DNA from: Candidatus Thorarchaeota archaeon
GTDB taxonomy: Archaea > Asgardarchaeota > Thorarchaeia > Thorarchaeales > Thorarchaeaceae
Assembly (NCBI GenBank): GCA_029858305.1
Contig: JAOUFI010000020.1
Coordinates: 1-35,619, forward strand
Reading direction: 5' to 3'
Length of the DNA stretch: 35,619 bases
Position numbers and translations under genes: made by a program. Each line of letters begins with the position of its first letter. Position 1 is the stretch's first letter. Of the stretch, positions 18,489 to 27,640 are shown piece after piece. The notes under the pieces were generated by a model, which saw only the letters and a list, made by a program, of their open reading frames with translations, did no database searches and was not told where the DNA came from.

Positions 18489-19758
18489 GACCAAATGAGT
18501 TTTCCAGATACTCAAGGAGTCTTTCATGACGTGGCTTCAGGAGTGGCTGATCCTTGAGTATTACTCCTGATTCTACACGTTCTAATATCTCATAACCTAA
18601 TCGAGCTCCCTGTCTTGAGGCTATCACTTGTCCACCAATCAGACGACCATTGGAGTCTAAAACAAGTGCGGTCTTACTGAACTCAATTGGATCTTCAACG
18701 TACTGAACGACTGTCTTTACACCCAAATCATTGGCTGTAGTAGAGGAGTGACCAATGCATACAACATCAATCCCAAAGAGTCTATCATATTGAAGACGTT
18801 TTGACGTATCAGCATAGATTTTCTTACCGCCCACTGCAGCCACGCCAGCTTGTCTTCCACACCTAGCCGCCATACTTCCGATTGGAAGGAGAATATTCTT
18901 TCCAGTGTATGTATCTTTCATCTCAATACAGTCTCCCACTGCGAAGATATCGTGTTCGGAGGTCTGCATCTGTTCGTTTACAATGATGCCGCCAAGATCG
19001 CCAATACGCACACCCAGAGATTGAGCAAGAGTTGTGTTGGGCTTAACACCGGTCATGAACAAGACTGCATCTGCATCTATTATTTCATCCCCTATGGAAA
19101 CACCGACTACATGTTGGTCGCCAACGATTTCAGTTGGAGATGACCCTAGATGAAGCTTGAAACTCCTTGGCAATCTGGAGCGAAGCTCTGCACTCATAGG
19201 TGGTTCTAGTTGTCTGCGCATGAGGCGTGAACGCACAACCATATGCGTTTCTTTTCCAAGATTTATCATGCGTTCTGCTGTTTCAAGTCCACTAAATCCA
19301 GCCCCAATAATCACAATCGTACTCATACCAGAGAGCTGCTTGCCAATCGCCCTTGTATCAGCCAAAGTCTGAATCGTGAAAACGCCCTGAAGGGCAATTC
19401 CTGGAATGTTGGGAACATTCGGAATACCACCAGTCGCAAGGATAAGCCGGTCGAATTTTAATACCGATGCGCCGTTTCCATTTACTATCTGAAGAGTCTT
19501 AGTAACGGGATCTCCAGCTTCAACTCGAGTTCCAGAGAGGACTTCAATTCGCTTCTCAGCCAGCGCTGCGACCGACCAGTCATTAATTGATAATTTCTCT
19601 GTGTCAGGAAATTCTAAAGCTAATGATGCACCTGGTTTCTTATGAGCCTCAAGAGTTTCGTCTGTAAGTATCTTTATGTCAGATTCTGAGCTGAACATCC
19701 TCGCTGCAACCGCTGCAGCGGCGCCTCCTGGACCATAACCCACTATTACTATCTTCAT
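18478..19758 (-). CDS. FAD-dependent pyridine nucleotide-disulfide oxidoreductase family protein (NADH oxidase/rubredoxin reductase-like)
   Basis: IVIVGYGPGG, LILATGG, IIGAGFSGLE, TGVKPN and IFAVGDC motifs. Confidence 0.9.
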   Translation of the reverse strand: MKIVIVGYGPGGAAAAVAARMFSSESDIKILTDETLEAHKKPGASLALEFPDTEKLSINDWSVAALAEKRIEVLSGTRVEAGDPVTKTLQIVNGNGASVLKFDRLILATGGIPNVPNIPGIALQGVFTIQTLADTRAIGKQLSGMSTIVIIGAGFSGLETAERMINLGKETHMVVRSRLMRRQLEPPMSAELRSRLPRSFKLHLGSSPTEIVGDQHVVGVSIGDEIIDADAVLFMTGVKPNTTLAQSLGVRIGDLGGIIVNEQMQTSEHDIFAVGDCIEMKDTYTGKNILLPIGSMAARCGRQAGVAAVGGKKIYADTSKRLQYDRLFGIDVVCIGHSSTTANDLGVKTVVQYVEDPIEFSKTALVLDSNGRLIGGQVIASRQGARLGYEILERVESGVILKDQPLLKPRHERLLEYLENSFGPIQ

Positions 19759-22700
19759 TACTCGATACCTCTTCTCTCACTTTGTTTTCTGATGATCAGA
19801 ACAGCTACAAAGGCAACAATGACTATTCCAACACCGATAATGAGGATGGTATTATCCTCTATTATTGTAAGAGACGCAAAATGCAATTCAGTTGTTTTTG
19901 AAGTGGAATCTTTCGCTATGGCGTAAACATCATAATCACCCAGAGGAAATCCATCTGGAGATATGAGGAATTCATAAAATCCGCCTGCACCAAACACTGT
20001 AAAATTAAACCATAAACCAGTTGAATGCTTGAATCCAACCAAAACCTCAGACGCAAGCATAAATCCTTCCAATGTGAAGTCACCCGATATCTTCTCATCA
20101 TATAACAAGCCAACATGAATTATCGTGCTATCTAAAGAGGCACTTGAAAATCTCATAAAACCACCTGCTTGGCCCGAGAGTAAAACGAGCGGTGAGAAAA
20201 GTAATTCTGAGTCAGAGGTGAGGTTAAACAGTAGGCTATTGATGTAGAGTGTGAGGAGCTTGTCAGAGGTCACAGTTAATTCAATTGTATCCTGTCCGGT
20301 GACAATCCATGATTGAAGAATATTAATTGAACCATCTACAACGCTTGCCCCAATCGTTCGTTCATCTATTGATGAATCATGATCCTCAGTTCTTAACTCG
20401 ACATGTAGAGAAGTGTCAATTGGCATCATTGCTAGTTCAATAATTAAAGGCCGCCACCGATCTACGATGTCTTCTGGATTCGTCTGGTCCAGATATTCAT
20501 TTGTTGAATTGTGAGTTGCACATATGATACTTCCACGCCCTACGTCTTCCAGACCTTCAATCTTTAAGACGGTCATTGGACCATCTTGCCACCATGATCC
20601 AATTAGTGTGGATGGATCATATGAAGATCCAGTCCACTTATAGATGGATAGAATATTACCTGTCAGGTTAAGCAATACATCAGCACCATTGATGCCTGTT
20701 GAGAGATTTGTGTCGGAGTTCCATTCGATACTCAGCATGTCAGTTCCTGTGAAATCGCTCACAGAAACGGTAGTTACAGCAAATGCCATCGTACCAACCT
20801 GCTGCATTATTCTTAGTTTGAGTATGTCCAAATCGCCTGAGAGACCTGGATTCACGGGATCGGTCATGAAATCATCAACAAATGCCCAATCTGATTGAGT
20901 GGAGTTCCTTCTGAGGGTTTCATTTAGAACGTGCATGACAGAGAGAACTGCATCAGCATAACCATGGCCATAATCATTCGAGGATATTGGATAATGAGAA
21001 GACCATCCTCCAGCTCCATCCATAAGAGCGGTGTAGTCTTTCCAGGCGTTAGATGTACCATCAGCTTGGCGAATTAGTGCAAGTGTTCCAGCTACATGAG
21101 GAGAAGCCATACTGGTACCATCCTTGGATATCCAGAGCTCGGAAGACGAAGTGTAGTATGGTGGAGATAAATCGTTCCTCGCCGCATATATCGATACACC
21201 TGGAGCTGAAATATCTGGTTTGGGCGAACCATCAATTCTGGGACCTTTGCTGGAGCTAGTGGCGATCGCCAATACATCGTTGTGTGATGCTACTGCAATG
21301 GCAAAGTCTGCAGTTGCAGGACCGCTAACTGTTCGCAAATCTTCAATATGATCACTAAAGGTCATATACGCCGTACTCCAATCACCATCCCATGCATAAC
21401 CATCCACATAGACAGTATTTCCCTCAGGATTCTCCATTCGAATTGTCCAGTGACCATCAAGCCAATCGTGATCTTCTGTTGATACTTGAATGATGATGTT
21501 ATTCATCCCACGGAGGCTAATCTCGCAGAATACATAGGCAGACAGGTTCTCCGTATTAAGAAAGAACGATTGTCCAGCTATATCTGAAAACTTACCAAGA
21601 TCAATAGGGTCAGTTGAAGGACGACTCAGTATCACATGCTCATCACGGTCTTCAGATTGCCATAAAAGGCTCAAGTAGGAGTAATCTGGTTCATTGCTAA
21701 TATCAAGACCGACCAAGTTATACGAGCCGGATGACACGCTGAATCGTGCATGTTTATCGCGCCCACCCAAATTTCCAGCAGCTGCCGTCGATAATACTCC
21801 ATGAGAGAGGAACGCCTCGGTTACAGCGAGGTCTTCAAGATCAGTGCCGTCAAGAAATCCTAGATATGATGAGAACGACATATTGATGATGTCTGCTCCG
21901 TTTTCAATAGCAAAACTGATTCCATCAACAATCTCCGCGGACTGAAGTGGACTGCGAATAATAATCAAATCAGCTCCAGGAGCAACACCCACATATGAAG
22001 TGAAACCTGGTTGACCACCAGCGATTGTTGATGAAACATGCGTGCCATGCCCCCCGTTATTAGTATCCCCAACTGTAGGCGCCATGGTCAAATTTACTCC
22101 TCTAACATAAACGAGTGAGTCAAACTGATCATAAAAGATAGCTATCTTGGAAATATTTAGAATGACAGCCTTCTCGGAATCCAAGTCTATTGAATTATCA
22201 TCGTTCGCATCAATTCCACCAATCCATCTATCTCCAGCTGCATAGTCAAAACCAAGTGATCCGTCTAAGTTGATGTACATATAATCAGTCGCATAAGCTA
22301 TCGTAGGTCCACTTTGCCCACCGACAGTCCTTATTGGACCTTCATCAGTATCAGGTGCTGAGTTGTTATTAAGGTCGACAAAATAATCAGGTCCAGATTT
22401 TAGAAAATTGAAATCACCAGGATATTGTCGCCAGAAGGAAGGATGAGTCCACATCGCGCCTGTATCAATGACAGCTACAGTCACTCCAGAACCATTGATG
22501 GTTTGTCCATCAACATGTAGATTGTTCCATACTTCATTCGCACGTATCGTTGGTACTGAGGACATGAGTGAGGGAACATATTGTTTTGTGCCGGAAGTCG
22601 CTCTCACAAGCCCAAGAGATGATAATCGCTCAAACACATCAGGTGAACTCACTATCGCAGAATAGATACGCCCCACATTGATTATCGCAGCTCCACGTCT

Positions 22701-22943
22701 GGCAAACTTGAGTCCAATAGCTTCAGCTTGGATGATATCTGCCATCGATAGGGGATTTTTGAATTCGAGGATTGCACTAGTACCTCTGTCTTGTGCATTC
22801 GCAATCTCCATCTGAAGTCTTGCTTCAATCAGTGGTTGATGAGTAAAAGCGTTTGACTGACTGTTAGATAACGTAATGGTATGTGCGGGTAGGGGTATAA
22901 TTAAGGCGATTAATAGGACAAGGATTAGGTATCTTTGAAGCAT
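19758..22943 (-). CDS. Membrane-anchored S8 subtilase with two internal insertions
   Basis: Signal peptide; triad AVIDTG / GHGTHV / DGTSMASP; AAGN; C-terminal TM helix. ATG 22943 or TTG 22988 (track). Confidence 0.92.
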   Translation of the reverse strand: MLQRYLILVLLIALIIPLPAHTITLSNSQSNAFTHQPLIEARLQMEIANAQDRGTSAILEFKNPLSMADIIQAEAIGLKFARRGAAIINVGRIYSAIVSSPDVFERLSSLGLVRATSGTKQYVPSLMSSVPTIRANEVWNNLHVDGQTINGSGVTVAVIDTGAMWTHPSFWRQYPGDFNFLKSGPDYFVDLNNNSAPDTDEGPIRTVGGQSGPTIAYATDYMYINLDGSLGFDYAAGDRWIGGIDANDDNSIDLDSEKAVILNISKIAIFYDQFDSLVYVRGVNLTMAPTVGDTNNGGHGTHVSSTIAGGQPGFTSYVGVAPGADLIIIRSPLQSAEIVDGISFAIENGADIINMSFSSYLGFLDGTDLEDLAVTEAFLSHGVLSTAAAGNLGGRDKHARFSVSSGSYNLVGLDISNEPDYSYLSLLWQSEDRDEHVILSRPSTDPIDLGKFSDIAGQSFFLNTENLSAYVFCEISLRGMNNIIIQVSTEDHDWLDGHWTIRMENPEGNTVYVDGYAWDGDWSTAYMTFSDHIEDLRTVSGPATADFAIAVASHNDVLAIATSSSKGPRIDGSPKPDISAPGVSIYAARNDLSPPYYTSSSELWISKDGTSMASPHVAGTLALIRQADGTSNAWKDYTALMDGAGGWSSHYPISSNDYGHGYADAVLSVMHVLNETLRRNSTQSDWAFVDDFMTDPVNPGLSGDLDILKLRIMQQVGTMAFAVTTVSVSDFTGTDMLSIEWNSDTNLSTGINGADVLLNLTGNILSIYKWTGSSYDPSTLIGSWWQDGPMTVLKIEGLEDVGRGSIICATHNSTNEYLDQTNPEDIVDRWRPLIIELAMMPIDTSLHVELRTEDHDSSIDERTIGASVVDGSINILQSWIVTGQDTIELTVTSDKLLTLYINSLLFNLTSDSELLFSPLVLLSGQAGGFMRFSSASLDSTIIHVGLLYDEKISGDFTLEGFMLASEVLVGFKHSTGLWFNFTVFGAGGFYEFLISPDGFPLGDYDVYAIAKDSTSKTTELHFASLTIIEDNTILIIGVGIVIVAFVAVLIIRKQSERRGIE

Positions 22944-23053
22944 CGACGTCCCTCTAGGTTGGTTTCTTATCCTGCTCCTTTTCTTCAACTGATATGCTTT
23001 TGCCCTTGGTACCTATATGAGCTGATTGTGGGAATGTGACCCTCGAATTCTGA

Positions 23054-24415
23054 TTATTCTTTGGCAGTGATGTCAATATTCTTTGCCACAAATTCAGGAC
23101 CAATCCAGGAGAATAGTTTGATAGGTTTTTTGGCTATCTCAACGATGTTGTTGAGTACCTCATATATATTTCCGGATACCATGAGACCATCAACAGCTCC
23201 AATAATTTTGCCATTCTCTATAAGAAAAGCAGGATTTCCAACGATACTAAAGTCACCAGATTCAGGATTTGAACTATGAGCACCCTGAACGTTGAGAATA
23301 TAGTAGCCATGATCAATCTCGGTAATTGCTTCTTCGATTTCACGAGCTCCTGAATCAATGACTAGTGTTGTTGGACTTATATCTACGAGACCTTGACGCA
23401 TATTTCGCCTTGCATTTCCGGTGCTTTTCACGCCCATCTTATTTGCCCAGTAAGTGTCCCAAAGAAAAGAACGGAGAATCCCTTTCTCAATTATAGATGT
23501 CTTTTGCCGAGGAACACCCTCATCATCAGCTTTTGATGTGGCTGCACCACCAGGAATAATACCATTATCAACTAGTGTGAGTAGTTCTGATGAAATTGTA
23601 TCACCAATCTTGTCAGCTATTTTTGATTTACCACGGGCCACATTATCACCACGAATACTTGGTATCAGTGTGTACCCAAAGAGTGGAGCATAGGCTTGAG
23701 GGTGGAAAATAACTGTGTGTTTTCCAGACCTACCATTTACTTTCGTCTTACAAATTCGAACCCAGTCAGCAACTCTTTTGACCATACCCTCCATATCTAG
23801 GGAGAGATCTCTTCTCACGTCGTATTCAACAACGAGTGGTGTCGCACCTGACTCGGTTTGAGCCATTGCGGCTTCCACCAAGTATGACGTAGTTCCTCTC
23901 TCTGAGCATGAAACACCATTACTGTTCGTATACGCACTTGTGTGTGAAGAGGTACCGGAACCCCCACGTATGAGCACGAGACCGGGTTCACTCGTGGCAG
24001 CTTTAGAAATGAGCTTACCCGTTAGATCTACCACCTCGCTTGGATTTGTTTTGGCAATACCATCATCCCAGAGACCTTCGATTGTAGTATACGCTTGAGG
24101 TTGAGGTAATGAAATCCAATCCGCATCCTCGGTCGTAACCTTTGCGGCAGATATTGCTAAACCCACTGCATCACGGACACTATCCTTTGTAGGAATGTTT
24201 GTGAAAGCAGAACCCATTCGTTTACCAATATACAGACGAATAGCAATTTCAGTGCCAATCTTTTGATTTACACTACTAATCTCTGAAAGCTCGATATCTG
24301 TCTCTAGTTCATTTTGTGATTGTGCGAGAGCTTCAACAGCAGTAGCTCCTGCCTTTAGTCCAGTTGATATGATGTAGCTGCAAAGTCCTAGAAGTTCTTT
24401 TTCTTTAACCATCAT
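23054..24415 (-). CDS. pmbA: TldE/PmbA family protein (non-catalytic subunit)
   Basis: DDEGVP, STGNARR and NPESGDFS motifs; no HExxxH; downstream of tldD. Confidence 0.9.
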   Translation of the reverse strand: MMVKEKELLGLCSYIISTGLKAGATAVEALAQSQNELETDIELSEISSVNQKIGTEIAIRLYIGKRMGSAFTNIPTKDSVRDAVGLAISAAKVTTEDADWISLPQPQAYTTIEGLWDDGIAKTNPSEVVDLTGKLISKAATSEPGLVLIRGGSGTSSHTSAYTNSNGVSCSERGTTSYLVEAAMAQTESGATPLVVEYDVRRDLSLDMEGMVKRVADWVRICKTKVNGRSGKHTVIFHPQAYAPLFGYTLIPSIRGDNVARGKSKIADKIGDTISSELLTLVDNGIIPGGAATSKADDEGVPRQKTSIIEKGILRSFLWDTYWANKMGVKSTGNARRNMRQGLVDISPTTLVIDSGAREIEEAITEIDHGYYILNVQGAHSSNPESGDFSIVGNPAFLIENGKIIGAVDGLMVSGNIYEVLNNIVEIAKKPIKLFSWIGPEFVAKNIDITAKE

Positions 24416-24424
24416 TATTTCCTC

Positions 24425-25813
24425 CTAGCTCTTACCTCCAAAAGTAATTCCCCCTGCGCCAAATCGGATATCAGGGCCGCCTGATGAAACAAACGCCTCT
24501 TGTCCTTTGCCACATCTCCCAACATCATAGGGGAATGGCTCTTTTGACACAGCTTCTATCTTGTATAGAGAGTCTGTGGCAATTCCAGATATTGAAAGAT
24601 CTGTCACAGGTCTTCCAAGCTCTCCATTAACTATCTCATATGCTTCCTGAATTCCCACCTGAAAACTTGCATTGGTTTGAGCCTGACCGCCTCTGAAGTC
24701 AGTGCAGTAATATCCAAACTTGATACCCTCAAAGACTTCTTCTCTTGAGTGTTCGCCAAGTTCGAAGATCGTGCTACGCATCCTAATAATCGGCGGAAAC
24801 AGGTAACTCTCAGCTCGAGCATTGCCTGTAGTTCGATGATTGATTTTTGCGGCATATTCTCGATTTGTTAACAGTTCAGTAAGAACAGAGTCTTTGATTA
24901 TTTCTACACGGCTAGCAGGAACTCCCTCATCATCATATTTGGATACTCCTACCCTACCCATGTCGATTCCATTATCTGTCATACTAACACCTTCAGAAGC
25001 CACAACCTGACCTAGCTTGCCCGCAAACGAGCTATTCATCGTGATATCAGCCTCTGCGAGATGTCCTAGAGCCTCGTGGGCAAGAGTGCCTATTACACGC
25101 GGGCCACATACACATGGAAATACTCCGCTCTTTGCTGCAACGCCATCCAACTGTTGTTTCAATCGTTTTGCGACAGCAGTACCAATTACCTCAGGAGATG
25201 CTATCCTCTCAAAGAATTCCCAACCTTCATCTGTGGTAGCATCTTCATAGCGTGCAGCACTCAGACGAATTCCATCCTTGCCACTCGCCCACGGAAGCGT
25301 CCAGACTAAGAGAGTTGGAGACTGAATCTTTGCACCCTCAGAGGTAACGAGATACTTTGTCCCTGACGAAGTTCTTACCTTGATTGTGACGGCAGTGACT
25401 CGTGGATCGTAATCTCGAATTGTCTTTGTCATCTGATTCATGTACTCAATTTTCTCTTCGATGGGAACATGGCGAGGGTCTCGCTTTGGTTTGTTTTTAA
25501 TCACATCTTCATACGCTCGGACTTCAGCCAACTTAATGGGTTCTTTTCGTGATCGAGCAGCTGCCTTTGCCATTGCGACTGCATCAGAAACGCCTTTGTC
25601 AAGTAATTCTAAATTTCCAGTAGTCACAAAACCCCAGGCTCCATCTGCCAGTGCCCTTATGGCAACTCCTCGCTCAAGACGTTGAGTTAGTGCGGCAACG
25701 CGAGAGTCTTCCATTTGAATATACTCAACAAAACCGGATTCTCCACGAATCTCAATATAAGTGGCACCCAAGTTGCGTCCTTTATCTATAGCGTGCTCCA
25801 GGATATCAAGCAT
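24425..25813 (-). CDS. tldD: TldD family metalloprotease (catalytic subunit)
   Basis: HEALGHLAEAD zinc motif, YDDEGV, TGNARA, PIIRM and CGKGQ. Confidence 0.93.
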   Translation of the reverse strand: MLDILEHAIDKGRNLGATYIEIRGESGFVEYIQMEDSRVAALTQRLERGVAIRALADGAWGFVTTGNLELLDKGVSDAVAMAKAAARSRKEPIKLAEVRAYEDVIKNKPKRDPRHVPIEEKIEYMNQMTKTIRDYDPRVTAVTIKVRTSSGTKYLVTSEGAKIQSPTLLVWTLPWASGKDGIRLSAARYEDATTDEGWEFFERIASPEVIGTAVAKRLKQQLDGVAAKSGVFPCVCGPRVIGTLAHEALGHLAEADITMNSSFAGKLGQVVASEGVSMTDNGIDMGRVGVSKYDDEGVPASRVEIIKDSVLTELLTNREYAAKINHRTTGNARAESYLFPPIIRMRSTIFELGEHSREEVFEGIKFGYYCTDFRGGQAQTNASFQVGIQEAYEIVNGELGRPVTDLSISGIATDSLYKIEAVSKEPFPYDVGRCGKGQEAFVSSGGPDIRFGAGGITFGGKS

Positions 25814-25972
25814 TAATACAACAACTCCATTCGCACAATTGTAAAGACATGTGCAAGTAGATACTCTAATAAAATTGTGTTTCGGGCTTAAAAGATAAAA
25901 AATAAATCAAATCCCCAACTTGGCAGGGCTTATAACTCGAAAATAGAAGTAGGTTTCATAGTTGGAGACTAT

Positions 25973-27640
25973 TTGATGACATCTCATCGTGACATTCTGA
26001 AAATACTGGAAAATGGAGAGAACCGCCGTACAGAATTCAAGAGAAGATTAACTAAGGCAGATCTGAAGAAAGACAGACGTGAGAAACTTGTTACAAGAAT
26101 TAAATACATGACTTGTGAGAATCCATTTGAAGGTCGCTTTCTAATAGGAATCGACGATATTGCAGGAGAGGAATGGGAGGTCCTCGGAATATCTGCGCCA
26201 GCACTTAAAATCGCAGAAGGTGTACTGGCAGAGCTCTGTGAGGAAGCCTCAGTAGAGATTGTCGAGGAAGAACAGGTAGAAACTCCGAAGGGTCTTGTAG
26301 GAATATATCTTCTAAAGAAACTAGCAACTCCGGAAATAAAGGAAACATGTTCCGTGAATGTTGCAGGAAGAGTGAACTCGGGCAAATCTAGTTTAATCGG
26401 CGCGCTCGTAACAGGGAAGCCAGATGATGGGAAAGGAAGCGCTCGTTCATTTCTCCTCACACATCCCCAAGAGATCACAAGAGGCCAGACAGCTGACATT
26501 CATCTTTCGTTCTTGGGTTTTGATGAAGAAGGGAACGCAATTCATCCATCAAATCCTCTCAATAAAGAAGAGTCTGCAAGGATTCTCGATCAATCCAAGA
26601 GGATTGTGACCTTCTTTGATGCACCAGGTCATCGCGAATATAGCAAGACAATGATACGGAGCATATTAGGAGCAGATGCACAGTATGGTCTTGTGTTAGT
26701 TCCAGGACCTGAAGAAGCGTCTCTGATTAAACAAGAAGAGAGTAATACTGGAATTCCTCGATTGGATGAGATTACCCGTGAGCATCTAATTCTCATGTCC
26801 AGTCAACAAGCTCCATTTTTTGTGGTAGTATCCAAGATTGATAAGACTAGACCAGAAGACCTTGAATTGGTATACAATGTTTTGCGAATAAGTCTCAAAG
26901 ATATTGGTAAGATTCCAGTTACTATCCGGTCTGCTGATGAGATACCTCCGATTGTAAAAGAGATTGAACATGGAGTCATTGTACCTGTTATGCCTGTTTC
27001 AGCGCTTGAACCATTTTCAATCGAATTATTGACCAACCTCCTCAAGAGCGTTCCATCAAATGCGAAACACGCAATTCTAACAGACCCTGCATATGCATAC
27101 ATTGACAAGGTCTATCGAGGGATCAAAGGGACAAATGTTGTTGTAACAGGTACTGTCAAATCTGGCATCTTTAAGAGAGGACAAATCGTCAAGGTTGGTC
27201 CTGAAAAGAATAATCAGTTTCAAGAAGGTAGATTATTCAGCATAGAGATGTTCAAGACCAGAATCAGTTCTGCAAGAGCGGGAGACCTTTTTGGATTCGA
27301 TATTAAGGATGTCGATAAGCATGTTATTCGTCGCGGTCAGATGATTGTAGATCCCGAGGAACAGGTTAAGAGTTGTTGGGAGTTTGAAGCGAATATTGTT
27401 GTAACAAGGCATCCTACGAGAATATCAGTGGGATATACACCAGTTTTTCAATGCCATACAATTCAACAAGCAGTTGTGCTCGACAAGATATATGACGCAG
27501 AGTATCTCTGCGTCGGAGATTTTGCACGAGTACGATTGAGATTCATGATAGCCCCTGAGGCAATTAGAGTGGATGATAAGATTGTCTTGAGGGAAGAGAA
27601 TACACGAGCGATTGGAACTATTATTGAAATCGTCAACTAG
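25973..27640 (+). CDS. Archaeal GTPBP1/GTPBP2-like translational GTPase with N-terminal AlbA_2/Schlafen-like domain
   Basis: GENRRTEFK...FLIGIDD N-terminus; G1 GRVNSGKS, G2 RGQT, G3 DAPGH, G4 SKID, G5 VSAL; EF-Tu-like domains II and III. Confidence 0.9.
   Translation: MMTSHRDILKILENGENRRTEFKRRLTKADLKKDRREKLVTRIKYMTCENPFEGRFLIGIDDIAGEEWEVLGISAPALKIAEGVLAELCEEASVEIVEEEQVETPKGLVGIYLLKKLATPEIKETCSVNVAGRVNSGKSSLIGALVTGKPDDGKGSARSFLLTHPQEITRGQTADIHLSFLGFDEEGNAIHPSNPLNKEESARILDQSKRIVTFFDAPGHREYSKTMIRSILGADAQYGLVLVPGPEEASLIKQEESNTGIPRLDEITREHLILMSSQQAPFFVVVSKIDKTRPEDLELVYNVLRISLKDIGKIPVTIRSADEIPPIVKEIEHGVIVPVMPVSALEPFSIELLTNLLKSVPSNAKHAILTDPAYAYIDKVYRGIKGTNVVVTGTVKSGIFKRGQIVKVGPEKNNQFQEGRLFSIEMFKTRISSARAGDLFGFDIKDVDKHVIRRGQMIVDPEEQVKSCWEFEANIVVTRHPTRISVGYTPVFQCHTIQQAVVLDKIYDAEYLCVGDFARVRLRFMIAPEAIRVDDKIVLREENTRAIGTIIEIVN

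Noticed and set aside
23054-25813. TldD/PmbA as part of a RiPP (microcin-like) cluster
   Set aside because: No YcaO, radical SAM enzyme, transporter or precursor peptide is adjacent; TldD/PmbA pairs are common housekeeping genes in archaea.
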